DNA from: Eledone cirrhosa
Taxonomy: Eukaryota
Assembly: GCA_964016885.1 (NCBI GenBank)
Contig: OZ024742.1
Location: 284,332,001-284,396,000 of the forward strand
Length of the DNA stretch: 64,000 nucleotides
Direction of reading: 5' to 3'
Positions 1 through 13,533 of this stretch are shown piece after piece. Position numbers and translations under genes: made by a program. Position 1 is the first letter of the stretch. Each line of letters opens with the position of its first letter. The notes beneath the pieces were generated by a model that saw only the letters and a program-made list of their open reading frames with translations, searched no databases and was not told the DNA's origin.

Positions 1-765
1 GTGGCTACCGTCTATTTTTATCGCCCTGCACTTTTTTATACAGCTGTCGTCTTTCATGCGCATCACGTGACCATACCAACGTAGTCTTCTCTCAAGTAAA
101 CAACATCTGATCCCTCTTATTCCTAATTTCTCCCTTAGTTCATTCATGCTTTGCCGTTCACGTATATTACTATTACACATCCAACGGAGCATGCAAGCTT
201 CGTTCCTCTCCAGTCTGCGTATATCCTCTGCACACAATGCCCAAGTCTCACTGCCATGTAACATTGCTGTTCGTATGCAGGCATCATACAGCCTGCCTTT
301 CATTTTTAGATAGAAACCTTTAGTGGCCAATAGTGGTATAAGCTCTCTGAACTTTTTCCATCCCGTTCTGACTCTAGCTACTGTACTTTCAGAGCACCCT
401 CCACCACTGCTGATTTTGTCACCCAGGTAACAGAAGGTGTCCACTATTTCTATAGAACCATCTGTGCAATTGAATGAGCTAGTATTCTGTGGGCACTTGC
501 TGCTACTTATTGCACCTGAGCACCGGCCTCATATAAAATCTATATTCTTAGTTAGCTTACCTGTGATCCCACTACATCTTTTATGCACCCATACTTTGCA
601 TTTGGGACATAAAATGGAGTTCTGCCTACTCCTTTCCTACACACTGAGCATGGCCATTTCCTAGATGGGACCAGTGCCCTATTTTCCTTCCTACAAACTA
701 GAACTTTATTTAGTCTTAGACAGGTTAATTTTAAGGCCTTTTGATTCTAGGCCATGCTTCCATGT
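1..765 (-). mobile_element. RTE-clade LINE, 3' part of ORF2 (5'-truncated, degraded)
   Basis: Minus-strand translation includes GLKINLSKTK, a Cys-rich insert (WPCSVC..CPKCKVWVHKRCSG), FCYLGD, GWKKFREL, MLHGSETW and LRWYGHVMR. Frameshifts and stops present. Confidence 0.85.
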
Positions 766-1577
766 TTAATATAAATATGAATACTTTTAAACCCAATTTG
801 GTCTTTTGATTCCAACTATATGGAATTCATTCAGAGCTACAATCAAATATGGTAGTTTAGCTAAATAATTCAATAACTGTTCAGATAATTGTTTCAGGGC
901 TTATGAAACAGGTAGGGAGTAAACTATTCTCAGACTGAAAACCTAGCTAAAGGAAATAAGGAGTCAGACAATGTTGTTAAAATTGGTGATAGATTAAGTT
1001 TTCAACCAAAGATTAAAAAGAAAAACTCTGATCAATCCTGATCTACCAAAGCTATTTGATCAAAGACATTCCAGTTGTGACTATCCCACTTGTTTTGTAT
1101 ATCTATGTCTAATGTGTCCTTCCATATTTAACCCTTTTGTTGCCATATTTGACTAAGACTGGTTTTTAAATCATTTTGAAAATAACAGATTTGGAGGGAT
1201 TTAGTTAAATGTTTTTTTTTCATTGTTAAGCTGATGCTTGGAACATATCTTAATAAAGGTCCTTACATAAAATTACAATGCAACATTTAAAGATTTTGAA
1301 GTGTGATTTGAGGGAGAGTTGGTTACTGTTTCCTTCAGATTAGGCAAATGTTTATAGGCTTCCTTAGTGGCTCATAAAATGGTAAGACACAGGCAATTGT
1401 GAAAGGGTTTGGGTCATTTTTTAACCCTAAGTACAAACAAGATCACAAATGTTGCAGGGAGGTAAAGGGTATTAGTAGATTATATTGACCACCTAGTATT
1501 TCTAGGCAGTATACATCATAATTTTCTGGGTTAAAGAAACACAAAAAAAAACCATATGTATAATGTATATATATATA

Positions 1578-1613
<36 letters not shown>

Positions 1614-4600
1614 ACACACATCCCATTGCTTTGTAAAGAAAAGGAAAATGCCAAAAAGAAAAAATAAGATAATTCTGATTGGAAGGAGGGGGTAAAATGA
1701 AGAAGAGGAAGGAGATGAGAGAGAGGGGGAGGAAGGGTTGGGGAGAGAGGGCAAACAGAATAAACACAAGTAAATTGATAGGAAATTACAAACGTTGGAG
1801 AGAGAAAGAGATGGAGGGGAGGGTTCTTCATCTGACAGCTATAACTTACTTCACTGGGCCCTGGGGGTGTAAGTAAAAAGGGTAGAAAGGTGGTGGCTGA
1901 GAGATGGAATCTGGGTGAAGATGAAGAGGGAGCCCCCCCACCCGTTGGTTGCATGGCTGGTGGTGATGGTAGTACTAGAGAGGTAGAGGGGAATGGTAGA
2001 TTTGATACACATACACAGATGTATGTGTCTGTGGAGGGCAGGGGGAAACTTATTTAGTGGGTGGCCTGCTGAATATTTACTCTGTTGGAAGTATTAGTTG
2101 TGTGTGTGTGAGTGTAGACCCCACTCCCCATACCTTTCTAGGAATTTTTATTCAATACCCACTAATTTTTTTTTTTACAATTGTGCCCCTTCTCTTTAAC
2201 TGTTTAAAAATTTTTGAATTTATAAAAATTCTCACTTCTTTCTCATCTCTTTTGTTACTTCCTCCCTAACTATACTTCATTTTCCCTTTCATTACTCTCT
2301 CCTTCACTATATCTATCATTCTGTTTCCACCATCCATTAGTTCATATTCATACTCTCTCATCTTTTCCCACCTAGGGTCATTACTCCCATTCTATTCCCA
2401 CAATGTCATGAATTGGCAGAGTCATTAAGACATCAGATAGAATGCTTTACGGTATTATCCTACCTCATTTGCGCGCTCTGAGTTCAAATCCTGTCGGGGT
2501 CAACTTTGCCTTTCATCCATTTGAGGTTGATAAAAAATGTACCAGTCCAGTACTGAGGTCGATTCTTCTTCTATAGAAAAAATCGACTGTGTTCAGACCT
2601 GGAGTGGGTTGGGCTCCGCCAGGTTTAAAAGTGCCCTAGACGGGCTGTTTGACGGTGCCTCTACGACTCCACAAGCAGTTATGGGATCTTTATAACAGAG
2701 ACTACATGGAGTAGTAGAGAGGACTCTTTATCTTTAGTCTTAGAGTGGACAAGGCAGCCTCTCTTGTGTCCATGCCTTTGCAGTAGACAAAACAACCTGT
2801 CTAGTGTTGGTGCCATGATAATATTTCATTCAATATCCACCACCCCACCACCAAATATTTTTCTTTTGTTTGTTGAATGTGCCTTCTCAATCTACCAACT
2901 GTTTAAAATTTTGAATTTGAATTCAGTCTCCACCCCCATTACTGCCTCCCCACCCAGCCCACCACTGTTTCTTAACCACACTCATTTTGATACTCACTCA
3001 TCTTTCTTTACACTCTAGTATTTGACTTAAAGAACAGACTAAGTAAATTGAGGGGTGCCTTTAGTCTTGCAATCCCTCTAGTGATGGTGCCTTTAGTCTT
3101 GCAATCCCTCTAGTGATGGTGCCACACCAAAATGTATTTATATAGTATCATCTGTAAAGTGGTTGATATCAGGCAGGGCATCTAACCATAGATAACATAC
3201 CAATAATAAACTGACTCGGACCACAACAAAGTGTAAAATTATGTTGAATCACAATATATAAGAAGTTAAATAACAAATCTTTGAACCATATATTATATAT
3301 GTATAAACAATGTACAAAGCCAAATTTTCAGCTTTGGAAGCGCTGAGAATATATGTACATTTATGAGTGTATGTGTGTCTACATGTATGTGAGGGAGCTA
3401 TCAGATTTACTGGGGTTGATTTTCAAAACTGTGGGTGGGTATTGGTAGAGACATGTGTGTATAAGTGTCTGCTTACTTATACATACACAAACACACACAC
3501 ACATGTATGGTAGAGACATGTGTGTGTGTATATATATATATATAACAATCCCTACTATAGCAAGGAATGCTAACTTTTCTAAATTAGACAATACACAGAA
3601 AATTCCATATGTATTTCCTATCACTGACTCCTCTATAGAACCATTAGATGCATATATATAAACATATACACATATATTATATCATCATCATCATCATCAT
3701 TCATTCATTCATTTTCACTGCTAGTTTTAGACAGGTCTTCACAGACTGAGTCAGTCAGTATTCAAACGAGGCTATGGACTTCTCAGATAAGGTGAGTACC
3801 AGTCATGTATTCAATATAATTGAGGGGTCCTCTTAGCCCTTTGTTTGGCAAACTTTCTACGAATGGATGCCTTTCCTATCACCAACTACTTTACAGCACA
3901 TACTGGGTGTGTTTATCATGAAATCACCAACATCAATGAGGCTGTCATGCTATTGAGTCAATTAGAATGCCCTCTTGACCCTTTTTGACATGGTTTCTAC
4001 AACGTGGTGCCCTTCCTATGGTCAACTACCTTAAAGGGTGTACAGACTCAAGTCTGAAGACCTGTCCAATCCTTGCTTGCAAGGAAAACATATGTTAAAT
4101 GATGTTGATGATTATATATATATATATATAACCCCAGAGTAACAGATGACTAGCACAGCCTTAATAAACTGTTAATCTCTATGGTAATTATTCTCGCGTT
4201 CTTCAATACTAAATGGATATATATTTATGCTAGCATGGATAAGAAGTTAAGTGATGATGATGATGTGTGTATAGCACACACACACACATATTTCACACAT
4301 TAACCCCTGCTAGCATGGAAGATGGACGTTAAACGATGATGGTGTATATTTATACAGACTATATAAATATATATGCAAAGAGACAAAACAAGAGAGTTAG
4401 AATAGACAGCTAGTATATATAACCCTTTACAGTTTAAGGTTGGGGTTAGCTGGTTCCATTCACTTGCAGGTCTTGTACTAAATTTTTAAAAAGTTAGCCC
4501 CAGGCAGATGAGGGGGCACCACCACCACTGCCAACAATAAGATTATCCATTATCACCATCATGAGGACACCCACTCATCCATTTCTCTCATCTATCTCAC

Positions 4601-5157
4601 CCCACCCTTCTCTCTCTCCCATCTATATCCACCAGCTTTAACCACCCAGATTTTAAACATTATTAGAATGACACCACACACACACTCAGACACTCAACAG
4701 GCACTTTCCCCCAACCAATACCACTTTACCATTTTACTTACAGCATGCTATTCTAAGAGAAAGAGTGAGATAGCTGGTGGAGGGAGGGATATCTGGAGTC
4801 TGTTGAGGTGTAGTGTAAAGTGGAGAGGTGTTATTGATTGAGGGATGGGGGGTAGAGCTGGAAGGAAAAGATGCTGGAAAGGATCTGATATGTAGAAAAA
4901 AGTAGAGATGAGAGATGGTGGTGCTGGTGGGGGGGGGGGGAGCAACTGCAGTAGAGAGTGGGTTAAGTACAGTATAGAAAAGAGGGTGTGAGTGTATATG
5001 TGAGTGTCAGGTAGGAGGGTAGAGAAAGGGAGTGTTGAGAGTGTGCACCCAAGCAAATGGTGGGGGCGCAGTGTGAGGAAATATGAGTGAAGAGAAAAAT
5101 GGAAGTGAACAGGGAGAGGGTTGAGGAAGGTAGCTTCCACCCACAACTAGAAAAATG

Positions 5158-5166
5158 GACCACCCA
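5158..5166 (+). promoter_or_regulatory. consensus Gli/Ci site GACCACCCA
   Basis: Exact 9/9 match to the Gli/Ci consensus, presumably in a patched intron. A single 9-mer can occur by chance. Confidence 0.3.
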
Positions 5167-5949
5167 GCTATGTATGCTTGTGTAATGTATATATACACAC
5201 ACATGTCTATTACAGTTGGAATAAACAAAGATGGGAAAGAAAAATAAATAAAAAACAATGAAATTTAAATTAAAGAAAAAAATTTACCGTAAATTTTTGT
5301 AGATACATAAATGTTTGTGTTTTTTCATCATCAACATTTTACAGTCACTTTTCCATGTTGCCATGGGTTGGACAGGATGTTATACACCAAGTGGGTATTT
5401 AATTGGAACTTACTGCCTTCCCAGATGTACCAGAGAACTGTGTCCTGCTTACATATATTCCAGTTTTTGTATTGTTTCTAGAGCTAGATGCCCTTCCTAT
5501 CACCAACCACTTTACAGAGTGTGCATGTCAATATGGCAACAGCACTAGGGAGGTTGTTCAGTGTGGTCTCTACAGCTGGATAATCCTTCCTCACACCAAC
5601 CACATTAGTGTCCTGGCTGCATTTTAACGGCACCAGCATCAGGGAAATTGTAATGTTCCTGATGTTATAACAGGGAGAAAGTGGAGGTGGGGCTTGTAAA
5701 TACTGGACTACCCATATATACATATATACCAATACAAATACAAAACCTCCCATCAAAAAAACTGTGATTTAGTATGTGACTGTTAAGCAACTAAACTTAA
5801 TTCGCCACCCAGGGTCCACTCTACTGCTAAAAAAAAGGTTATTGGAATTGTGATTCCTTCTCTGACTAAGACATTAATAAAAAATCTGAAAAAATCAGAA
5901 AACTGAGACATCTTCAAGCAGTCGATGCTGATACAAAATATTAACTTAA

Positions 5950-6112
5950 CCCTTTAGCTCTATATATACTATTGTATTTTTGTGGTAATCTACAAGATTT
6001 TGATGTTATTTATTTTGAGAATACCTTAATGTCAGTATGACATTACGGTCAGTTTGAATAGAAAGAAGTGAGAGAATTCTGGCCAGATACAGCCAGTTTA
6101 ACTGCTAAAAGG
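5950..6112. mobile_element. piggyBac-like MITE
   Basis: TTAA|CCCTTTAGC...GCTAAAAGG|TTAA. Related ends at ~1129, 46044-46480, 50040-50102 and 57985-58120. Confidence 0.65.
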
Positions 6113-7465
6113 TTAAAACAAGTCTATTTTTTCCAAGGTTACATCAGTGACACATTATCATCATGAAAAAGAAAAAGAAATTTACTGCTTACATCTATGC
6201 AGGTTTAGAGCTTTCCCCTTACAATGTTGCATCTCAAAGAAAGTTTTTCAGGTGATTTAATGATAGGACCCCAGTTCTATCATGAAAAGCAGCATGGAAT
6301 GAAATCTCTTGCTCAGGAACGTAGGTCATGCATCTACTTAACCTGACTATCATGCTAAACATTACACAATGTGTCGAAACAATCAGAGTTGACAAATTTA
6401 CCAGTTCCCTCACTATGTACCATAGAGCTGCAGAGATATATTATTTATAAGACTCACTTGGCTGAAACCTTGGAGCTCCACTGGGACTAGGTCATCAATT
6501 TACGAGGATTTGTTACCTACACTCTCCAATGGTTAAAGAGAGCCTGAAACACTTAAACACCATGGGTTAATATAGCCCAATAGAGTAAGAGTAAGACTGA
6601 CTGAGAACATACAACAACTTCTCTAATCAGACAAGGGACTAAACATCAACGATCTCAGCATGAGATTTTAAATTTTAACCATTTATAATATATATTGGTA
6701 ACGTGTACAAAAAAAAAATTTAATGGTCGTCAACCATTGAAATGGATGTACAGTTTCAACCACTACTGATAGTACTGATGGTCTATCCAGAGTCAGTGTC
6801 TGACAAAATAGCCAAACACTGTCATTGGAGTATGAAAACAAAACAAAACATATATGTGTAGAATAGGCAACTTAACAAAAGAAGAGGGGGGAGCGGCGTG
6901 CATCATGGGTGATATTGTAATACTCACAACATGTACAAAACTCTGTGGTCATCGGCCATCGAAATCAACGTACAGTTTCAAATCCTACCAGCGGTATATG
7001 TAACCATGTGTTTCTGGATTAGAATAAGTACACTATATCCCTGAGTGTCTTATAAAACGACTAAAAGTGACGATGTCATATCAAGAAGGGCAGAATGTAG
7101 AATATTGTCCCAAAAGGTCCCATCTAACTTGTCAGAACGGAAAAGTTGACATAAAAACGATATATATATATATAAATGGTTGGTATTAGGAAGGCCATCC
7201 AGCTGTAAAATCCCTGGCCAAATTTACAGTCCTCGTCGGAATAAGGTACAGTAAGACCAATTCTGGCCAGACTTGTCTCCCAACATGGACAACTTGTCTA
7301 ACCCATGCAAGCATGGAAAAATGGATGCTAAATGGTGATGATGATGATGGTATATATATATATAATGGAAAAATTTGAACAGGGACAAAACAGAGAGGCA
7401 GTACAATAAATGTTTATTAATTTCACGCTCAGGAGAGTGGGGGGTAGGGTATATACATATATATA

Positions 7466-7636
7466 CATAGGATAGGCCATAATTAGCATACTGTTAGAAA
7501 GTGTGCTTATATTTTGAACATTTTATGAATGAAACTATATAAACTTACATGAATTGCCAATGTATTACTTTTAAAGACTTCTTTTTATTAACATTTCTTA
7601 ACAGTAAACGTGTATGCTAATTATGGCTCATCCTAG
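7466..7636. mobile_element. Tc1/mariner-type MITE
   Basis: TIRs taggataggccataattagcatac / gtatgctaattatggctcatccta with TA flanks. Confidence 0.7.
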
Positions 7637-10600
7637 TAAAAATGCAAAAGTCACTGCCTGAAATGATACATAATACTAAATTCTTAATTCTAAATTTTGC
7701 GGACCACTAATATGAATTTTTTAAAAAAGATAAAATATATTTCAACCGAATATTATTTTGGTTTTGTTATTAATAAAACATAAATGCAAATAATGTCCAA
7801 ATTTTTCTGCAGACCACCAGTTGGTGACTGCTGGTACATTCTAGTCTTAAATAACATTTTTAAAAAGAGATAACAAGGTGTGATGTAACAATTCTACTAC
7901 CATATTTTTCCTGATGAAATACATTGCCAATAATTTTGAATAATTTTCAACATAATCAAGGATTTGGAGGGAGTTAGTAATATAATATTTGCAGGGGTGG
8001 GTTGGGATTTGGTAAATGAATATCTTACTGAAGAACACAACACACCATCCAGTCCAAGAATCGTGTCCAACACCCAACCACTTGGCTAACTGATTGATCA
8101 TGTTAGAGCATGAGCACAAGGCCACACATTTGGAGGATTGTAATGACTCCAGTATTTCACTGATATTAATACTCAAGAAACCTCATAGGTGACTGGCTAA
8201 AACTGTGCAGGTGTGTGCCATAACAACAATTTTATTTTATTGACTCGTAGAGGGATGAAAGATGAAAAAATGTTGATTTTTACTGAAATTGAATTCAGAA
8301 TAGTAAAAGCTGCAAAAGAAAACAAGCATTTAGTCTTCCATGCTACCATTTGTGAATTAGACGCTTCTCTCAGACTAAATATTGATGAAAAAATAGAAAA
8401 AACAATACGCAAAAGAAAAGAAAGCACTATTTAAACTAATTTACTAATTAATATGTTCAATGTTGCTTTATGTGAGACACAAGAACTTTTACACACACAC
8501 TCACTCACTCACATTTACAGAAAAACAAGAAAATGTGGTTTTATTAAAGGCTAACTCTATTAAAACAAAGTTAGGCATACCAAGTTCATTAAAACTACTG
8601 CTGTCAACCCCAACTACCACCAACCACCCCCACCAGAACATCACTACCACACCAAACCCACCACTAATACCCCCTACCAACTCAGATGAACTCAGATCGT
8701 AAAGGGCCGTAACTCTATTCTGCAAAGCATGGCGTCCGACCCCCCTACCGATATTGCCAATAATAATAATAATAATTTCTAGTATAGGCACAAGGCTAGT
8801 AATTAGGCGGGAGGGGAAAGTCGATTAAATCGACCTCAGTGCATTACTGGTGCTTTATTCTATCGACCCCGTAAGGATTGAAAGGCAAAGCTAACCTCAG
8901 CCGGATTTAAACTCAGAATGTAAAGGGTCGTAACTCTATGCAGTTAAGAATGGTTTCTTGTATAGACCACAAGGGCCCTCACAAGACAATGTTGGAGACA
9001 GAGGTAGATGGGGAGAGGGAAGTTGATGGGGGGGTATAATGAAGAGCCTCACAATGTTTAACAGTATTTCTAATGAAATACACTTTATTTCAATTAATTA
9101 ATAAAGAATTTTGAGGGATTTATTATGTTAAAAGATTTTAATTTTTAATAGGGACCCTTTAAAATGTTTCACAGGTGGTTTTGGGTAGAAGGCCCAAATT
9201 AATTTTTTTGCTACCATAAATAATAGAATGAACATTTCAGCCAGGTACACTACATAAGCTTAACCTCCTCCTGGTTGGGAGCAGTACAAAGGGTGAGCGG
9301 TTACATTGAGTAAAAGAGTGAAATCAATAACAAAAGACATAGATAAATAGATAATATATAACAGCAATTTAACAAGAAATGATATTACCCCCTCCCCCTC
9401 CCACGTGGGGGACGGGACCACAGAAAGAAATTGGGAACATCCAACAGACAACTCTCGATTAGTCTAACACACCAAAGGCCAGTGCCTTCTCTCTTCAGTT
9501 ACACAGCTAGGTAGGTTAGGCCCTTTAACCACATCAATTATGTTTTACTTCCTCTTCAAGTTGTATTTGGATCTTTTCACTAACCCTCTATAGAATCGAA
9601 GAGCAGCACTTCTTTCTCCTGTCTGGGTTTCAATATATTTTTTTAATAAATAAAAAAAACCCATTACCTTAATATACACATACCTAGCTGCCATGAATAT
9701 GTACCCGAACTAATTGGTTCATCCTCAGACAATCTACTAGTCAGTTTACCTATCTGTATAGAATCTATCAGTCAGTTTATTTCACCAATCTGCCCCAAAT
9801 TACCTGTTTCCATGAAAGGAAACCACTCAATTTAAAGGGATTATTAAAATCGTTCAACATGATTTGATATCAGAACTTATGTTAAAACCATATCATCTTA
9901 AAGAAATAATTAATAATTTTAGTAAATCCCTCCAATATTTTTCATTAATTGATTGAAATGCAGTGTATTTCATTAGAAATATGGTAATGGAAAGGTTAAC
10001 ACTCAGAAATGAAGTATTGACAAAATCCAACTTCGTCATCTCTAGACCACAATCTATCAAGTAGTGTACCTGGCTGCCAAGAATGCATTTAGATAAACAC
10101 GACACAGGTGGGGGAAAAACAAAGAGGAAAATAGTACAACTAATGTAGATAGTTTATGAAAAATAATTATCAACACTGTTCATTGCGGTCTAAGTTCAAA
10201 TCCCGCCGAGGTTAACTTTGCCTTTCATCTTTACGGGGTCGATAAAATAAAGTACCAGTAATGCACTGGAGTAATTGCTGGCCTTGTGCCAAAAGTAGAT
10301 ACAATTATTACCGTGCACTGACAGGAATATTTTCCAGATCAATTTGATTCAGTCACAAAACTAGAGTCTACCTATATTACCATTGGATATGGCCACATGT
10401 GTGTGTGTGTAACAGTATTTAATTGATTTCATATTTAACGGACCAAATAGTACTGATTTATAATCTAGGCACAAAACATACAAAAAAAGGATCGATCTTC
10501 CGTCAAATCGGACCGAGGAAACAAATGTTTTTCGTCGGTTTTTCCAGTACTATCTATCGGTCGCAACTCCATGTAGAAGGAGCAACGTGAAATAAAGTGT

Positions 10601-10684
10601 CTTGTTCAACGACATAACGCATCGCCTTCACATACAAAATCAAGATTGTGAACCCAATTCTCTAACAACTCAGCCACACGCCTT

Positions 10685-11023
10685 CATCATCATTCATCAT
10701 TTCATTTTACGTCCGCTTTTTCCCTGCTTGCAAGGGTGGGACGGGAACTAATTCTGGCTTGATTTCTACAGCTGGATGTCCTTCCTAACACCAACCTCAT
10801 TTACAGTGAGTGCTGGGTGCTTTTTTGCCGTGGCACCTCCACGACCACTTTGCAGTGGAATGATAGAGACTGGGGTCCCTATCGTCTCATTTCTACAGCT
10901 GAGTAAACTGGAGCAATGTGAAATAAAGTGCTCAAGGAAACAACACATCACCCGGTCTGAGAATTGAACTCACAACCTTTCGATTGCCAGGCCAATGCTC
11001 TAACCACTAAGCCATGTGCCTCC
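10685..11023 (-). mobile_element. tRNA-derived SINE with RTE-like 3' tail
   Basis: Minus-strand head GGAGGCACATGGCTTAGTGGTTAGAGC (A box), GAGTTCAATTC (B box); tail ..ggacgtaaaatgaaatgatg. Near-identical to 23556-23880. Confidence 0.85.
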
Positions 11024-11929
11024 TTCATATACAAAATATTCTTTAAATAACACTATCAAACATTAAGGGGAAAATGGCATATTCGTTATAAGTTAATTTT
11101 GTGCATCCGTGTATATTGTATTGAAACCGTGTATGCATTTTACATTAAAAATAATAAAAATACCTTCCTCGTCACTTTTGACATACCTTACTAGCCTATT
11201 AGTCCGTTATATAAAATACTTATGTTTTTGTGAATAGCTATTCTTTAATAATGATTTATTGTCATTTAATAATAATTTCGGTGAATTGGAAGAAACCAAT
11301 ATAATCCAAGTTGAGTGTGAATAACAATAACGGGAAATGGCAAAATCAGACTTGGTTTTCCCGAATAACCGAAACGAAGAAGTAAATAGGTAAATTCTCC
11401 ACACCCCTGTAACTTTTTTTTTATTTATAATACCGGAGATTCCGACTGAACAAAATATAAATTATTATATAAATAATTTTTGGGGCTCTCACCGTCCCCG
11501 TCAACATAGGGATGTTAATTTCTTACAATTAGTCTCGTGTTTTATATTGCTTTATTTTTTCAATCTTAATCACGATTTATTTGTTAGTTATATTAGGGAA
11601 TTTGTTGTGTCTTAATACTAATTTATACTGTGTACAGGAAAACCAAATTATAATTTTACATTCCTCATTACTGCTGTCTCCAATCTTAATTACGTCGCTT
11701 TTATGGATATAGTTGACCCCCACCCGGGAAAGAAGACGGTTGAACATATAAAGAAAAGTAAATAGAACCTAAAACCCCCGAAAAAAAAATAGTTCAACAA
11801 GTTTTTTATTGAGGGGGGGGGGGGTTAATTTACTACAAATATTCGGTTGATAGAATAATTTTTATATTGATATACCGAAACGTCTATAGAAACGTGCTTT
11901 AAAATGTGATGAAATTAAGGAAAGGTGTA

Positions 11930-12077
11930 TATATATATATATATATAAATGAGAGGTATAGAGATTGTTTTAGCGAGAAGCTAATAGTATTCTATAACAT
12001 ATATATATATATATATATATAAATGAGAGGTATAGAGATTGTTTTAGCGAGAAGCTAACGGCATTCTATAACATATA
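11930..12077 (+). repeat. tandem duplication (~74-bp unit) anchored in (TA)n
   Basis: aaatgagaggtatagagattgttttagcgagaagctaa..ttctataacatata occurs twice. Confidence 0.85.
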
Positions 12078-13321
12078 TGCGACTATAACGTCAAGATGGG
12101 AAAAGTAGTTAACGAAAGATTTAGGAAAAATAACTCAAACTCATCTCAAAAGAGAATCAGGATATAAATTCATCCACAGAATTTAGTAAAATCCAGGGAA
12201 AAATCTATAGACCTTTAACTCATGATAAAATAAAGTTTGAAACACTTATCCTTCAATTTGGAATAACATCAAATGCTAAAAGACTATACATATATATATA
12301 TATATATATCCCTATATATATATATCTTTTGAAAACAGCGGCTTTAAAACGACTTCCGTATTTTCATTAACCGGAAGACAACATGCTATAATAAACCGTG
12401 GAAGATTGTTAGATAGAAGGGAGATAACTCTATAGATAATTAGAGCAAGTTTGATGGTGATGCCGCTATTATTGTTTAGTCCAAGGTTACCTTCGATGAA
12501 TCGGGTTCCACTTATGACCATCCTATTTTGATTTTCAGACATTGTATATCTAGGACATTATCCCATGTGTTCTTTTTTAATATGTGGTGTAAAATTGGTA
12601 TTTCTAGCAAGTTGTGCGACCACGTATGACTCGTGTTACATATTGATAAATAGAACAGGTACTGGTGGTGATGATGATGATTGCACAAATATTTATTCGT
12701 AATACTTACATATTCAAACACACACAAATGAATTTTTGTCGAAAATTAACTAAGATGAAATCTAAATGCTTAGAATTTATTTGTAACCTACTTTAGATAA
12801 GCTGTTGAAGAGAGCTAGGTAAGGTGGCGGGAGTGGTAAGGGTGGTAGGAAAGAAAGGGAGCAATAACATCCAACGGATCGGAAATATAAATGTGAAGAA
12901 TGAGTTCATGTGAACTAAGGGGGTTGTACTCTCATGAGAACAAAGATAAGGATCATATATTATAATCCCACTCTCATCTAGGAAAGTTTTTATTAACTAG
13001 ACCCTAGCACTTGAGAGGTACTTTATTTTATCAACTTTGAAAGGCTAGAAGGCAAAGTTGACCAAGTTGCAAAGCGTCATCACTAAATACTGCAAGGTAC
13101 ACATTTTGTCCGACCAGAATGTATATGAATTAATTTAGCCCCCGTCCTTGACCGGTACTTAATCATATCGGATCCGGTCAGTTGGAAAGCAAGGTTGACC
13201 CCAGAGTGTAAAGAGTCGTATCTAATTATTATAAAACATTTTTTTGTCCGATGCTCTAACAATTCTGTAGCTGACCCCAGGATTAACCCAAAATAGTTAT
13301 AGGCAAAGGTTCAGTGCTAAT

Positions 13322-13533
13322 CAGTGACGTAACTAGGGTGAGTGCCGCCTGGGGCAGCCATTCAGCACCTGGCCCCCACAAAAAATACATATTGCACTCT
13401 TAAAAGTTTATATATATATATAAAAACTAGTCTGTGTACATTATATTATGCTGCAGCAGTAAAAGAACACTAATAGCCTACATCAGATCCAAAAGTGCCG
13501 CCCGGGGCGGACTGCCACCCTCTAGCTATGCTT
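13322..13533. mobile_element. MITE (CAGTGACGTAACTAGGG-type end)
   Basis: Imperfect terminal inverted repeat cagtgacgtaactaggg / ccctctagctatgc, with GC-rich subterminal gtgccgcc(c/t)ggggc in both halves. Confidence 0.5.

Noticed and set aside
9700-9735. Hammerhead-like CTGAGGA-T-GAAC-caatta-GTTC (-)
   Set aside because: The GAAA box is replaced by GGGT.
10950-11023. tRNA gene
   Set aside because: A/B boxes are present but there is no full cloverleaf; it is the head of a multi-copy SINE.
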